From a virus (taxonomy: Duplodnaviria > Heunggongvirae > Uroviricota > Caudoviricetes): 64,000 nt of DNA. Below are positions 19,558 through 28,933 of the stretch, in pieces (positions within the stretch are counted from its first letter, which is position 1; the number at the start of each line of letters is the position of its first letter). The DNA is taken from the IMG/VR virus record IMGVR_UViG_2795385714_000007; one strand, given 5' to 3'. A model generated the notes under the pieces. That model did not search any database, was not told the origin of the DNA, and saw only the letters and a program-made list of their open reading frames with translations. The position numbers were made by a program, and so were the translations under genes.

Positions 19558-19727
19558 TGCTCAGTCCGCCGCTCACGGCTAGGAGGCGGGTCTATCGCTA
19601 AACCTATTGCTACACAACCTATTCCGGTGACAATTAACCCTGCTGGGGGGTAAATTACCCACACGCCAGCGACAATCGCGAAGATTCCTAGCAGCTCAAC
19701 GAGCGTTGCTACGGCAAACCTGATCAC
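19554..19727 (-). CDS. small membrane protein (2 predicted TM helices)
   Basis: 57-codon GTG-initiated ORF with GAGGGGAG RBS; GTGA overlap with terminase stop and GTGA overlap with portal start; not in ORF track (<60 aa). Confidence 0.35.
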   Translation of the reverse strand: MIRFAVATLVELLGIFAIVAGVWVIYPPAGLIVTGIGCVAIGLAIDPPPSRERRTEQ

Positions 19728-21334
19728 TCAAACTCCCCTCGTTCCCATCGCGCGATCTCCTCGTCGTCGGGCCATTCATGGATTACGGGTACCGGTTCTG
19801 GCTCTGGTATCCCCTTGGATTCGGCCCACGCCGCCGCGGCGCAGGCAACCAGCGGAGAGGCGTCGACCGGGCTTCCCTTGCGGTCGAATACCCATGCGTC
19901 GCCTAGTGATTTCGCTGCGGCGGATGCGGCGGCGGTGTCTAGTGCTGCCTGGGGCCGGTGCTTGATGCCGCGTTGCACGAGGCCGTCGTAGAAGTCGCCG
20001 CACGCCTTCGCGAGGTCCGGGCCGCCCCACTCCAGCACTGGGATTTCGGCCTTTTCCATGCCCTCGATCAGCCCGGAGGCTGGCGCACCGCGGACCTGTA
20101 CAGCCACTGCGACGAACTTTCCGGCGCGTGTGGAGTCGGTGAACCACGGGATGATCCAGTCGGTTCCGCGTCCGGCCTTCACGACTTCGACGTGTAGAAG
20201 GCCGTCCGCGCGGCGCGCCGCGATGGCGATATATGCGCGGGAGCGTTGGAAGTTGACGTCTACGGCAGCCCACACAGGCGCCCCCTCAGCCCTGCGTGAG
20301 TCCGGGTCCATCGTTTCCGCCCAGTGCTCGGGCTCGATGATTCCGGGCAACAAGGTGTCGACCCATTGGCATAGGTGCTCGGTCTTGAATCCGGCGATGT
20401 CGCCGCGCTTCGCCTCGTACTTGGCGGCCAGTGACTCCTCGTCGTGGCCCGGCAGCCAGCCGAGGGCGGGGTTGGCCATGGGCCACACCGACCGGTTGCT
20501 CGGCTCGGCGTCGTCCGGTGCCGACCACTCGAATAGGCCGGTGCTGGTGCCGTCGGTGTCCCGCCGGTAGATGTCTTCTAGGCAGCCCTGCCGGACAGAA
20601 CGAAGCACCATGGACCGCTTGTCACCGGCGTTGGATGCGCAGACAACTTGGCTGTTCGGCCGGGCCGTAGTGGTCGGGACGATGGCATCCCAGGCCAGCC
20701 AGTCGTGGTGCTCGCGCAGCTCGTCCAGCTGCGCCAGATCGACGGAGAAGGAACGGCCGCCCTTGCGGTTTGCGGCGACCGCGCGCCATGACCGGCGGCC
20801 AGTCAGCAGCATGCGGTGCTTGCCGTTCGTCTGTACGTGCTTGACGAATTCCCGCTTGAGGGCTGGGCATTCGTCGACGTTGATGACGACTTCGCCCAGC
20901 GTCGCCTCGGCGTACTCCAGGCCCTGCGCGGCGATCAGGACCGTTTTCGCCGCCGGTGGCTTCCCGACCATCGGGCGGCCGGTCTTGTTGAGGTACAGGC
21001 GCCAGAGGCCGAGGCCGCGCAGCCACTGGGTTTTGCCGTTCTGGCGGGCGATCAAAATGCAGACGGTGCGGAACCTGAATCCGGTTCCGTTGGCGCCCTT
21101 CTCCAGGGCGTGGATGTAAAGCCACTTCTGGTACGGCAGAAGCTCCCAGTTGACGACGTTCTCGAGAAAGTCGATGCAGCCAAAGCCCCACGAGGTAGCG
21201 GGGTTTAGGCCACACCCGCATTCGCAGGTCTCGGGTAGGTCGGGGTCGCAGTGATCAGCTAGGGGTGGCGTGAACAGCCTGGGGACCGTGTGTCCCCTAA
21301 GCGTTCTGTCGAGAACGCCACTCGTCGAGGTCAC
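19724..21334 (-). CDS. terminase large subunit
   Basis: 536 aa; ATPase plus nuclease architecture; follows small terminase and precedes portal. Confidence 0.9.
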   Translation of the reverse strand: MTSTSGVLDRTLRGHTVPRLFTPPLADHCDPDLPETCECGCGLNPATSWGFGCIDFLENVVNWELLPYQKWLYIHALEKGANGTGFRFRTVCILIARQNGKTQWLRGLGLWRLYLNKTGRPMVGKPPAAKTVLIAAQGLEYAEATLGEVVINVDECPALKREFVKHVQTNGKHRMLLTGRRSWRAVAANRKGGRSFSVDLAQLDELREHHDWLAWDAIVPTTTARPNSQVVCASNAGDKRSMVLRSVRQGCLEDIYRRDTDGTSTGLFEWSAPDDAEPSNRSVWPMANPALGWLPGHDEESLAAKYEAKRGDIAGFKTEHLCQWVDTLLPGIIEPEHWAETMDPDSRRAEGAPVWAAVDVNFQRSRAYIAIAARRADGLLHVEVVKAGRGTDWIIPWFTDSTRAGKFVAVAVQVRGAPASGLIEGMEKAEIPVLEWGGPDLAKACGDFYDGLVQRGIKHRPQAALDTAAASAAAKSLGDAWVFDRKGSPVDASPLVACAAAAWAESKGIPEPEPVPVIHEWPDDEEIARWERGEFE

Positions 21335-21749
21335 TCACGTTGTCACCGGTGGCATCGCCACTGCCCTCGGTGCTCTCGTCGTCTTCGGTGCCGTCGGGGT
21401 CCGGCGGGTCTCCGCCAACCCGGCTTCCGGCGGCGGGCTCAAGCCCGAATAGCCGGGCCTCCTGTTGAGCGACGCGGCGGCAGTGTTCAGCAGCTCGGGT
21501 GTCCCCGGCGACAGCCCGCGGGTAGTGGGCGGCCCACAACGCCTCCAGCCGCTCCAGGTAGACGTCGAAAGCCTTGTCGCGGAGCAGGTCGCGCCGCTCT
21601 GACTTCGCCATCTCGCGGCGTACCGCCTTGTGGCAGGCGGCCAGGGTGTTGTAGCCGCACGCCTCCTGGATGGCGCGGAATGACTTCCCCGCGATGAACA
21701 GCCGCACCGCCTTCATATCCCGCTCCAGGCGCTCGGCAGCGCGCATCAA
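21297..21749 (-). CDS. terminase small subunit (HTH)
   Basis: 150 aa, basic N-terminal HTH-like, acidic C-terminus; directly upstream of terL. Confidence 0.6.
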   Translation of the reverse strand: MMRAAERLERDMKAVRLFIAGKSFRAIQEACGYNTLAACHKAVRREMAKSERRDLLRDKAFDVYLERLEALWAAHYPRAVAGDTRAAEHCRRVAQQEARLFGLEPAAGSRVGGDPPDPDGTEDDESTEGSGDATGDNVSDLDEWRSRQNA

Positions 21750-23257
21750 TCCTCACCGTCCTCGTCCAGCTCGGGTTCCGCGATCAAGGTGACTTCCTCC
21801 CCGCAACGGCGTGCAGCCCGTATCCGGTCGCCCTTCACCAACACCAAGATGTCCTGGTGCACCCGGCCCAGTGCGCGACCTTTGGAGAAGGGGCGCGCCG
21901 CGCGGGCGGCGTTGGACCCGATGGCGGTCAGGAGTACGGCGTCGTTGGCGAGCTTCATTCCGGTGGCCTCGGCCGCGCGGGAAACCAGGGATCGCATATC
22001 GCGTAGGTCCCCGCGCTTGTCGCGGGCTGACCCGACCACGAGTGCCGCGAACGAGTCGGGCCGCAGCACCCGGGCCACCTCGGCGATGGTCTCGATGAAG
22101 GCGGCGTCGAACTCGTCCGTGGACATGGCCGACAGGTCGGCCGGGTCCTTGGAGTACTGCTCCAGGTCGTAGTAGGGCGGGCAGCCGATCATCATGTCGA
22201 ACGACTCGTCATCCAGGGTCTTGAGAACGTCGCGAGAGTCGCCCTGAATCCACTGCGGTGCCGTGACGGTCGTGGCCATCTGCGGGAGTCGCGGTTCCAC
22301 CACCGCCCACTGTTCCCCGTTCACCGCCAGCTGGTCACCGGACAGGTCGATGCCGGTGTACCTGCGGCCGAGGGCGGCCGATACGACACCCCGGACCGAG
22401 CCGCCGGACCATGGGTCGATGACGTCGGCCTCCACCGGTGAGAACCACGACACCAGCAGCTCGGCGAGCACCGGGTCGAATACCGAGATGGCGCCGCCCT
22501 CGGCGTAGAACTTCAGCTCGTCGCCGTAGCGCTCCATGATCTCGGCGGTGGTCAACGTCCGGCCGATCTTCTTCTCAGCGGCGTTCTTGATCTCGTACCA
22601 GTTGGCGTAGATCGACTGAGGCGCCTTGAACGCCATGATGCCCGTTGCGGCACGGGCATCCGACCCACCTTCTGTATCGACCGAGCGGCCGGACGCCGAG
22701 GCGATTCCGAGCGCCTTCCACGCCTTAACCCGTTGCTTCCAGGCGCCCTGCTTGGCATCGAGCACCGTGAACGGTGGAACCCCGAACCGGGAGGCCAGCG
22801 TGCTCTTGGCATCGGACACCGCACCGTCTCCGTCCGGCACGGTCAGCTCGGACGCCAGCTCCTCCAGGTCGGCCGCCGTGTAACCGGTACCGTCCAGCTC
22901 GTCCAAGCCCTCCAGGAGCGCCAGCAGTTCGGCGGTGTCGTAGTCGCCCAGGTCGGACAAACGGTTGTCGGCCGCGACGATGGCCTTGGCCTGCTGCTCG
23001 GACACGTCCAGCAACGTGGCACTGATGGTGTCCCAGCCCAGCTTGCGGGCCGCCAGGAGGGTGTGGTTGCCCGCCAGCACCTCCATCGGGCGACCTGTCT
23101 TAGTGCCCGCATTGACGACAATCGGCCGGTACTGGCCATGACGGGACAGCGACTGGACGATGGCGTCGACCTGGCCCCGGCGCGGATTGCCGGCGAAAGT
23201 CCTCAAGTCGGTTACAGCAAACACTCGGACGACCAGGTCCTCGGGGGTCATGGCCAT
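21746..23257 (-). CDS. ParB-like nuclease domain / DNA methyltransferase fusion
   Basis: N-terminal ParB-like region (AGNHTLLAARKLGW) and C-terminal SAM-MTase motif IV-like CPPY; inner ATG (MAMTPEDL). Confidence 0.75.
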   Translation of the reverse strand: MAMTPEDLVVRVFAVTDLRTFAGNPRRGQVDAIVQSLSRHGQYRPIVVNAGTKTGRPMEVLAGNHTLLAARKLGWDTISATLLDVSEQQAKAIVAADNRLSDLGDYDTAELLALLEGLDELDGTGYTAADLEELASELTVPDGDGAVSDAKSTLASRFGVPPFTVLDAKQGAWKQRVKAWKALGIASASGRSVDTEGGSDARAATGIMAFKAPQSIYANWYEIKNAAEKKIGRTLTTAEIMERYGDELKFYAEGGAISVFDPVLAELLVSWFSPVEADVIDPWSGGSVRGVVSAALGRRYTGIDLSGDQLAVNGEQWAVVEPRLPQMATTVTAPQWIQGDSRDVLKTLDDESFDMMIGCPPYYDLEQYSKDPADLSAMSTDEFDAAFIETIAEVARVLRPDSFAALVVGSARDKRGDLRDMRSLVSRAAEATGMKLANDAVLLTAIGSNAARAARPFSKGRALGRVHQDILVLVKGDRIRAARRCGEEVTLIAEPELDEDGED

Positions 23258-23436
23258 GTGGATTCCGTCAACTTTCGTCGGGGGGGGAGGACACAAGCCG
23301 GGCGGCATGGGCCTCGGCTGGGCGTTTGAAGTTTCGGAGGCCCCTTACCCCTCTGGTTGGCCCTGAGACGGCCGTTTGTGGGGTGTCGGGTGTCATCGGT
23401 CCTCTGTGGCACGGGGGCGTACAGGGCGTTTCAGCG

Positions 23437-24189
23437 TCACCACTGCTCTGAGGGCAAACCGATGTCGATGTGGGCGTCGTCGGTGCCGCGTTTGAGGTTG
23501 CAGTCGCGATGGGAGGGCCGGAGGTTGTTGATGTCCATGGCCAGCTCGGGGCGTTCCTTGACGGGTGCGGCGTGGTCGGCGTTGAAGACGTCGGGGTGGT
23601 AGGGGTCGGTGATGGTGTAGTCGATGGGGTGGTGGCAGATCCAGCAGGGTGCGCCGGTGGTGCCGTCGTCGTTGGTGTGGTGGGCGCAGGCTGTGCGGAA
23701 GTCGGCGACGAGCTTGCGGTAGGCGCGGGAGCGTGGGCGTCCGTCTGCATCCAGGCCCTGGACGTTGGCGGGGTCCACGGGTGTGGTGGGCGCTTCGTCG
23801 TGGGTCTCGTACCAGTGGCGTGCTGCCTGCTGGATGTTGTGGGGCCGCTGCTGCTGGGCGCGGGCGAGTACTACGTCCTTGCCGGGGTTGATGGTGACGA
23901 CCTCTGCGCCCAGTGCCCGGTACTTGGTGAGCAGGGCCTCGCTGGGGGTGGAGTGGATGACGTACACGTCGGTGGTGGCGATCAGTAGGACGGCGGCGTC
24001 TATGGCTGCCTGCCGGGCTGCCTTCGTTACGGCCTTCACATGCTCGGGGTGGCTGTGGGGGTCACCGTGGGGCGGGGTGAGGACGCTGGCGATGGCGTCG
24101 TAGTCGATGGTGATGTCGCCGGGCTGGGCGTTGGCCTGTACCCACGTGGACTTGCCAGCGGCAGGCGGGCCAGTCACCACGTACAGCAC
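23437..24189 (-). CDS. P-loop kinase (PNK/zeta-like) - HNH endonuclease fusion
   Basis: Walker A GPPAAGKST near N-terminus; C-terminal CWICHH...ADHAAPV...HRDCN HNH motif; GTG start overlapping upstream stop. Confidence 0.7.
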   Translation of the reverse strand: MLYVVTGPPAAGKSTWVQANAQPGDITIDYDAIASVLTPPHGDPHSHPEHVKAVTKAARQAAIDAAVLLIATTDVYVIHSTPSEALLTKYRALGAEVVTINPGKDVVLARAQQQRPHNIQQAARHWYETHDEAPTTPVDPANVQGLDADGRPRSRAYRKLVADFRTACAHHTNDDGTTGAPCWICHHPIDYTITDPYHPDVFNADHAAPVKERPELAMDINNLRPSHRDCNLKRGTDDAHIDIGLPSEQW

Positions 24190-24434
24190 TAGACCGCCAC
24201 CAGGTGGCCGCACTCCAGGCAGCGGGGTGTGCCGCAGTAGCCGGTGATGCGGATGCGGTCGTCCGCGGCCAGGACCACGGCGCCGTGGGCGGGTGCGCCG
24301 GGTCCGGCCAGGGTGCCGTCCAGCCGGAACCACTCACTACCGCACTTGATGCAGCGGTGGTTAGAGGTGGCCACGGTGCGGTGGTCGTCCAGACGGATGA
24401 CGGAACCGCTCGACTGGGTGACCTGCTCCTTCAC
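24189..24434 (-). CDS. small zinc-ribbon protein
   Basis: CIKCGSEW...CGTPRCLECG; GTG start at cactag junction. Confidence 0.45.
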   Translation of the reverse strand: MKEQVTQSSGSVIRLDDHRTVATSNHRCIKCGSEWFRLDGTLAGPGAPAHGAVVLAADDRIRITGYCGTPRCLECGHLVAV

Positions 24435-24736
24435 TAGGAACGCCCAGGTTGCAGGAGCCGGAGTGCTCGACCGCGGCAATGCTTGTGTTTGGTGAGCATG
24501 CGCAGCAGTGGCCGCTTCCAGCGGGGCGCGGTCAGATAGCGGACCGTGTCGTGAGCGTCGGTGATGAGCGCGAGGGCACGGGCGAGTGGGTCCGGTGACC
24601 GGCGCGACGGGCAGGCGGATGGTTCTAAATCAGGTGTAAGTCCGTCAGTGACGTGGACCCCTGAATATTTCTTGCCACTCACGTGGTCGATGTACACAAC
24701 GCCGTCGATCACGACGCCTACGCGCTGGCCGGTCAT
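24434..24736 (-). CDS. hypothetical protein
   Basis: 100-aa ORF, translationally coupled. Confidence 0.45.
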   Translation of the reverse strand: MTGQRVGVVIDGVVYIDHVSGKKYSGVHVTDGLTPDLEPSACPSRRSPDPLARALALITDAHDTVRYLTAPRWKRPLLRMLTKHKHCRGRALRLLQPGRS

Positions 24737-25167
24737 CAGTGGAGACCCACGGGTTTATGGCCGCGGACGTCGGCGTCACCGGGGCAGCTGGTGCACAGGG
24801 CGTCTGGGCCGCCGAGCCAGTCGGGTGCCGGGTGCTCGCACTTGCCGTCGGCGTGGGAGGGGTGTCCGCAGTAGCCGCATGGGGGGTTACTGGTGTCAGC
24901 CTCGGGTCGCTCCACGGTCGCTACAAACTCGCAGAACGTGTACTCGGCGAGTGGCCGGTCAAGGTTGGCGGCTGCGAGCGGTACACCGGTGTTCGGGTCC
25001 TTCGGCAGGGCGTCGACCGGTATTACGGCCGACGTGACCGCGACAACGGTGAGGCCGTCGGCCGCCGCGGTGGTCTCAATCGACTCGCGGGTGTGCCAGA
25101 GCACCTGGTCCATGTCCATGTCGGGAAGGACCGGGATGACGGCGCGGATGGTGCGCTGGTTGCTCAC
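24736..25167 (-). CDS. hypothetical protein with Cys-rich C-terminus
   Basis: 143 aa; CGYCGH...CEH...CTSC. Confidence 0.45.
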   Translation of the reverse strand: MSNQRTIRAVIPVLPDMDMDQVLWHTRESIETTAAADGLTVVAVTSAVIPVDALPKDPNTGVPLAAANLDRPLAEYTFCEFVATVERPEADTSNPPCGYCGHPSHADGKCEHPAPDWLGGPDALCTSCPGDADVRGHKPVGLH

Positions 25168-25607
25168 CAGAACGGCCGATCATCGGCGCGGGGCGCGTGA
25201 TATATGCGGGCGGGCGGACCGTATAGCAGCTCCCGCGGTACCGGGACGTCGTCGAAGACGTACGTGTCGGCCCGGTAGTGCGCGCCGCTGCGGGTCCGGC
25301 CGATGGACAGGAACTGGACCCGGCCGCCGGAGCGGTGTCGGACGGACAGGTCGTTAGCACTGCGGCGGACCCGCTCCAGCACGTCGATGCCCGGTATGAG
25401 ATGGATGTCGACGAGGTTGCGGTGGTGTTCCTGTGCCATGGGCCAGTCCGACGTCTCGTACAGCACGAACCGGCCGCGCCGAAGCTCACCGGCGACGAGG
25501 TCGAGCAGGATGTGCGTCTTGCCGTGCTGGCGGTCGCCGCTGACGGTGACCACGGTGACCTTCGGGCCAGCGACGGCGTCCTGGTGGACCTGCTCTGCGG
25601 TGGTCAT
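25164..25607 (-). CDS. small P-loop NTPase
   Basis: Inner ATG MTTAEQ; Walker A SGDRQHGKT and Walker B-like VFDDV. Confidence 0.5.
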   Translation of the reverse strand: MTTAEQVHQDAVAGPKVTVVTVSGDRQHGKTHILLDLVAGELRRGRFVLYETSDWPMAQEHHRNLVDIHLIPGIDVLERVRRSANDLSVRHRSGGRVQFLSIGRTRSGAHYRADTYVFDDVPVPRELLYGPPARIYHAPRADDRPFW

Positions 25608-25921
25608 GCGTGGTGGTCCTGGATGACGGGCTGGTGGGCGTTGGCGATCGGCTCCCGTGGGACCTCGCGGGCGATGGCTGCGTTGCCCCACATCAGGACT
25701 TCCTCCAGCTTGGTCAACGCGAGGGACTTCTCGCGGCCCGGCGGGAGGATCGAGTCGAGGTCGTGCGCCAGGTCCTTGCATTTCCCGCGGATGCTCTCGT
25801 GTCGGGTGACCTGGTCGACATCGGGTCGGTGGTAGTTGAACCGGTGGTCGATGTCGGCGTGACTGGCGGGGGTGCTGTGGAACATGGCTGGGTCTCCTTG
25901 GAGCCATAGGTTGCAGGTCAT
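25604..25921 (-). CDS. hypothetical protein (His-rich conserved core)
   Basis: Inner ATG MTCNLW with GAGG RBS; HADIDHRFNYHRPD motif; no family assigned. Confidence 0.45.
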   Translation of the reverse strand: MTCNLWLQGDPAMFHSTPASHADIDHRFNYHRPDVDQVTRHESIRGKCKDLAHDLDSILPPGREKSLALTKLEEVLMWGNAAIAREVPREPIANAHQPVIQDHHA

Positions 25922-25980
25922 GGTCAGACCTGCCTCGTCGATCACTGCTCGCAGCAGCGGGTCGTGGAGGGCGGGTTGGG

Positions 25981-26352
25981 TCAGCACAGGTAGCACTTCT
26001 TCTTGGTGTGGTCGTGCTGGCGGCGGTGGCAACCGGGGCATGTGCCGCCGAGCTGCTGGCCGCAGTGCCTGCACACCTCTGGGGCGCGCGGTGCCGGTGC
26101 GGCGGGGGTGGGCAGTGTGAGGAGCAGGGTGTAGAAGGTCAGCGGCTGGGACGCCGGGTACGCCATGCCTGCGACGGTGGCCACGACGTCCGGGGTGAGG
26201 AGGTCGGGGTCGGTGGTGATCACCACGGGCTTGCAGCGGCGCCCCTGGCTGGACTGTCCCGGTGTGATGATCTGCCAGCCGGTCAGGTCCAGTAGTTCGG
26301 CCAGCCGCTCGCCGTCCTCACGGCTGCGTGCGACTACGACACCGGCGCGCAT
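25981..26352 (-). CDS. hypothetical protein with C-terminal zinc ribbon
   Basis: Inner ATG MRAGVVVA; CRHCGQQLGGTCPGCH. Confidence 0.45.
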   Translation of the reverse strand: MRAGVVVARSREDGERLAELLDLTGWQIITPGQSSQGRRCKPVVITTDPDLLTPDVVATVAGMAYPASQPLTFYTLLLTLPTPAAPAPRAPEVCRHCGQQLGGTCPGCHRRQHDHTKKKCYLC

Positions 26353-26834
26353 CAGACGGGCGCCGGGTGGTTCTGGAACCAGCCCTCGTACTGCTGCGGT
26401 GTGAGGAACGGGTACCGCTGCACCGTGGTGAGGTTGACCGTCCCACCGCCGGTGGTGGGGGCGACGATGGCGAAGTTTCGCCATGACCGGTCACCGCGGT
26501 TGAACACGATGTTGGAGAAGCTGATGTCGATGTACAGCGGCTGATCCCACGCCAGGAGCGGGGTGTTGGCGATGAGCTTGACGTTGACCGTGCCATCCAG
26601 CTGCTTCAACCGTCCCTCGTCGAGGCGGGCGGTGAAGGTGTCGAGCGCGAAGTCGGTGGGGCGTGGGTCGTACTCGGCGGCGCGGAACGCCCAGCCGGAC
26701 GGCACCCGGTACCGGAACAGGATGGTGCCGGTGACGGGTCGGATGTCCGGCTCGTTGTCCGGGTCGGTCTGGCGGTCGGTGACACCTGCCCAGGTGTCGT
26801 AGCTGACCGTGAACGACTCTGGCAGAGCGCTCAC
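26352..26834 (-). CDS. hypothetical protein
   Basis: 160-aa ORF, coupled. Confidence 0.5.
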   Translation of the reverse strand: MSALPESFTVSYDTWAGVTDRQTDPDNEPDIRPVTGTILFRYRVPSGWAFRAAEYDPRPTDFALDTFTARLDEGRLKQLDGTVNVKLIANTPLLAWDQPLYIDISFSNIVFNRGDRSWRNFAIVAPTTGGGTVNLTTVQRYPFLTPQQYEGWFQNHPAPV

Positions 26835-27181
26835 TTGCCCTTGGCGCCCTTACCGGTGTCCGCCGCCGGGGTGTCGTCCTCGCCGCCGGTCGTCGTGTAC
26901 GCCTCGCCGGTGTGCACGGTCTCCAGCACCTCAGGGTCCTGGATGGTGGCGTCGCTGAGGTGGGCGTCCGGCGCGATGACGACGGACTCTGGCGGCAGGT
27001 TGTCGAGGCTGATGACGCCGTCCATGACGGTGCCGGTCGGGATTGCGGGGTCGGCGCGATGCCCGGACTCGATGGCGGCCAGCGTTACCGTGCCTTCCGC
27101 GGTGGTGTCGATGGTGTATTCGTCGACGTCCTGCAAGTAGATGACGCGGTCGTTGAAGCGGATCTCAAGGCGTGCGGCCAT
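26831..27181 (-). CDS. hypothetical acidic protein
   Basis: 116-aa ORF. Confidence 0.45.
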   Translation of the reverse strand: MAARLEIRFNDRVIYLQDVDEYTIDTTAEGTVTLAAIESGHRADPAIPTGTVMDGVISLDNLPPESVVIAPDAHLSDATIQDPEVLETVHTGEAYTTTGGEDDTPAADTGKGAKGK

Positions 27182-27470
27182 CGGAGTCTCCTAGGTTGGG
27201 GAAGAGGTTCTTGAAGGGGATGGACGGGAGACCGCGTAGGCGTGAAAGTAGCTCTGTCACAATGGTTTTTGCGAGTTCGTCGAGCTTGTTGAGGCCAGTG
27301 CGGTCCAGGATTGCGCGGGTAACGGCGTCGGCGATCACGGGCAGCTTGTCGTCCAGCTCGCCGATTCGCGCGAATACGCGGTTCAGTACCCGGTCAATCA
27401 GCTTGTCCAGCAGGCGGTCGACGAATGTGGTCGAAGGACGCTGACCGGGCAGGATCGAAGAATCGTCCAT
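27165..27470 (-). CDS. hypothetical protein
   Basis: Inner ATG MDDSSILPG with GGGAGA RBS; first gene after a ~430-bp non-coding region. Confidence 0.45.
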   Translation of the reverse strand: MDDSSILPGQRPSTTFVDRLLDKLIDRVLNRVFARIGELDDKLPVIADAVTRAILDRTGLNKLDELAKTIVTELLSRLRGLPSIPFKNLFPNLGDSDGRTP

Positions 27471-27807
27471 TGCGTGTATCTCCCTGCGTAACAACATGTT
27501 TGGGGCGCACCGGGCCTAGTTACCCGTTCGGCCGTGACGCGATAGCTGCCCAGCTTGTTCCACGCGAGGGCAAATGGCGGCCCGGTGCACCAGCCTTGGG
27601 GCTTCCCGCCAGCGCGGCGCAGCGCGCCCTCACCCCCAAGGAGTTGGGGCGTCCTGGGCATCGGCGTACCACCCGCCCGACAGGCCGGGCGGCGATGTGG
27701 TGGCGTACCTGGTGACCCTGGCGCCGAGCACGCGGCGAACCTGGGGTCGCGCGCTTACCGGCAGTATCAGCGGTACCGGGTTGACGCGGCGCGGGGGCGG
27801 GAAGCGG

Positions 27808-27848
27808 ATAAACGAAACGCCCCCGGGGTGAGGTCCGGGGGCGTTTAG
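27808..27848. terminator. GC-rich perfect hairpin, intrinsic terminator (bidirectional; T-tract stronger on minus strand)
   Basis: AAACGCCCCCGG-ggtgaggt-CCGGGGGCGTTT, followed on minus strand by TTTCGTTTAT. Confidence 0.6.
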
Positions 27849-27865
27849 GGCACAGCGGTGCCAAC

Positions 27866-27885
27866 GACATATGTATAACACGTGA
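27866..27885. terminator. second hairpin just downstream of gene 27927..28253
   Basis: ATACGGGC-gcag-GCCCGTAT next to an unusually AT-rich stretch (catatgtataacacgtg). Confidence 0.4.
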
Positions 27886-27926
27886 TACGGGCGCAGGCCC
27901 GTATGCAGGTCAGACGGGAGTGTCGG

Positions 27927-28253
27927 TCAGCCGGTATATGGGAATCCCCGCCACAGCCGGGCGCACTGGCGGTTGATCTCAAGCTGGGTCTGTTCGGCGG
28001 CGCGGGCCGCCTTCCAGAGCACGTCGCCAAAGAACTGGATCACGTCGGCAGGGACAGGTGTTTCCCGGTAGGTGTGCAGCAGTTGATCGAGCGACGACGT
28101 CATGGCGTCGTGGCTGCTGACCCCGACTGAATCGGCTATGCGTTCAAGCTGATTGAACGCCTGGTATTCGGGGTCTCTGCGGACCTCGGCCTCAAGCTGG
28201 AGCACCTTCTCCGCGGCGTCGTGCAACTCGCCTGCATTCCATGTCAGCGCCAT
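27927..28253 (-). CDS. hypothetical protein
   Basis: 108-aa ORF ending just before tandem hairpins. Confidence 0.45.
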   Translation of the reverse strand: MALTWNAGELHDAAEKVLQLEAEVRRDPEYQAFNQLERIADSVGVSSHDAMTSSLDQLLHTYRETPVPADVIQFFGDVLWKAARAAEQTQLEINRQCARLWRGFPYTG

Positions 28254-28321
28254 GTCGACATGGTGCCAGACTGTGTCCGAGACGTCTTCGGGCCACGAGG
28301 GACATCACTATGACCAGGGGC

Positions 28322-28927
28322 CTAGTCGTTAGACCTATTGTCATCGTCGGGGTCGGTGGGCTGCCCCGGCAGCTCACGTAATCGTTGATCTAGCTCCAAC
28401 GCTTCCCGCTGGTTCCTGATCTCCTCGGCCATGATGCGGACGGCCCGTTCGCGCCTGGCTAGGTCGGCGTCCCGCTGCTCCTGTTCCAGTTGGAACTCGG
28501 CACGGTCGTTGGCAATCGTCTTCTCTCTGAGTGCTTCCTGCGCCAGCAGCTTGTCGGTGTGACCGTCGGTCAGATCGAACGACAACCGACTCAGCCTGTG
28601 CCCCATCCACATTGCGTAGCTGCCGAATACGGCGGACGCGCTGAAGACGGCAGGGTTGAGGCCAAGGACCAGGGTCGCGATACCACCGACAACGACGGCC
28701 GCTGCGCCGAGGAGAAAAAGAGCCGTCGAAAGGCCCCGGGTTAAACGTGAGTGGTGCGCTAGCTGCTTCGCAACCTCGTGGAACGCGCCCACGGAGATGG
28801 TGGCAGCGAGCCCGCCCCCGAAGGTTGCATACAGGAGTACCTGTAGCCATGACGGCATACCAAGCTCGGAGTTCCCGCCCTGGCCGTCTGCGAGTAGAAC
28901 CGTGACGGTTTCCCACTCCGTGAACAT
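28322..28927 (-). CDS. membrane protein (3-4 TM) with C-terminal coiled coil
   Basis: Hydrophobic segments followed by a charged E/R/Q-rich helix. Confidence 0.5.
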   Translation of the reverse strand: MFTEWETVTVLLADGQGGNSELGMPSWLQVLLYATFGGGLAATISVGAFHEVAKQLAHHSRLTRGLSTALFLLGAAAVVVGGIATLVLGLNPAVFSASAVFGSYAMWMGHRLSRLSFDLTDGHTDKLLAQEALREKTIANDRAEFQLEQEQRDADLARRERAVRIMAEEIRNQREALELDQRLRELPGQPTDPDDDNRSND

Positions 28928-28933
28928 CAGGCC

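Noticed and set aside
27520-27870. 116-aa minus-strand ORF in the 27.5-27.9 kb gap
   Set aside because: Arg/Pro/Gly-rich junk translation that runs through the terminator hairpin; no RBS. Treated as non-coding.
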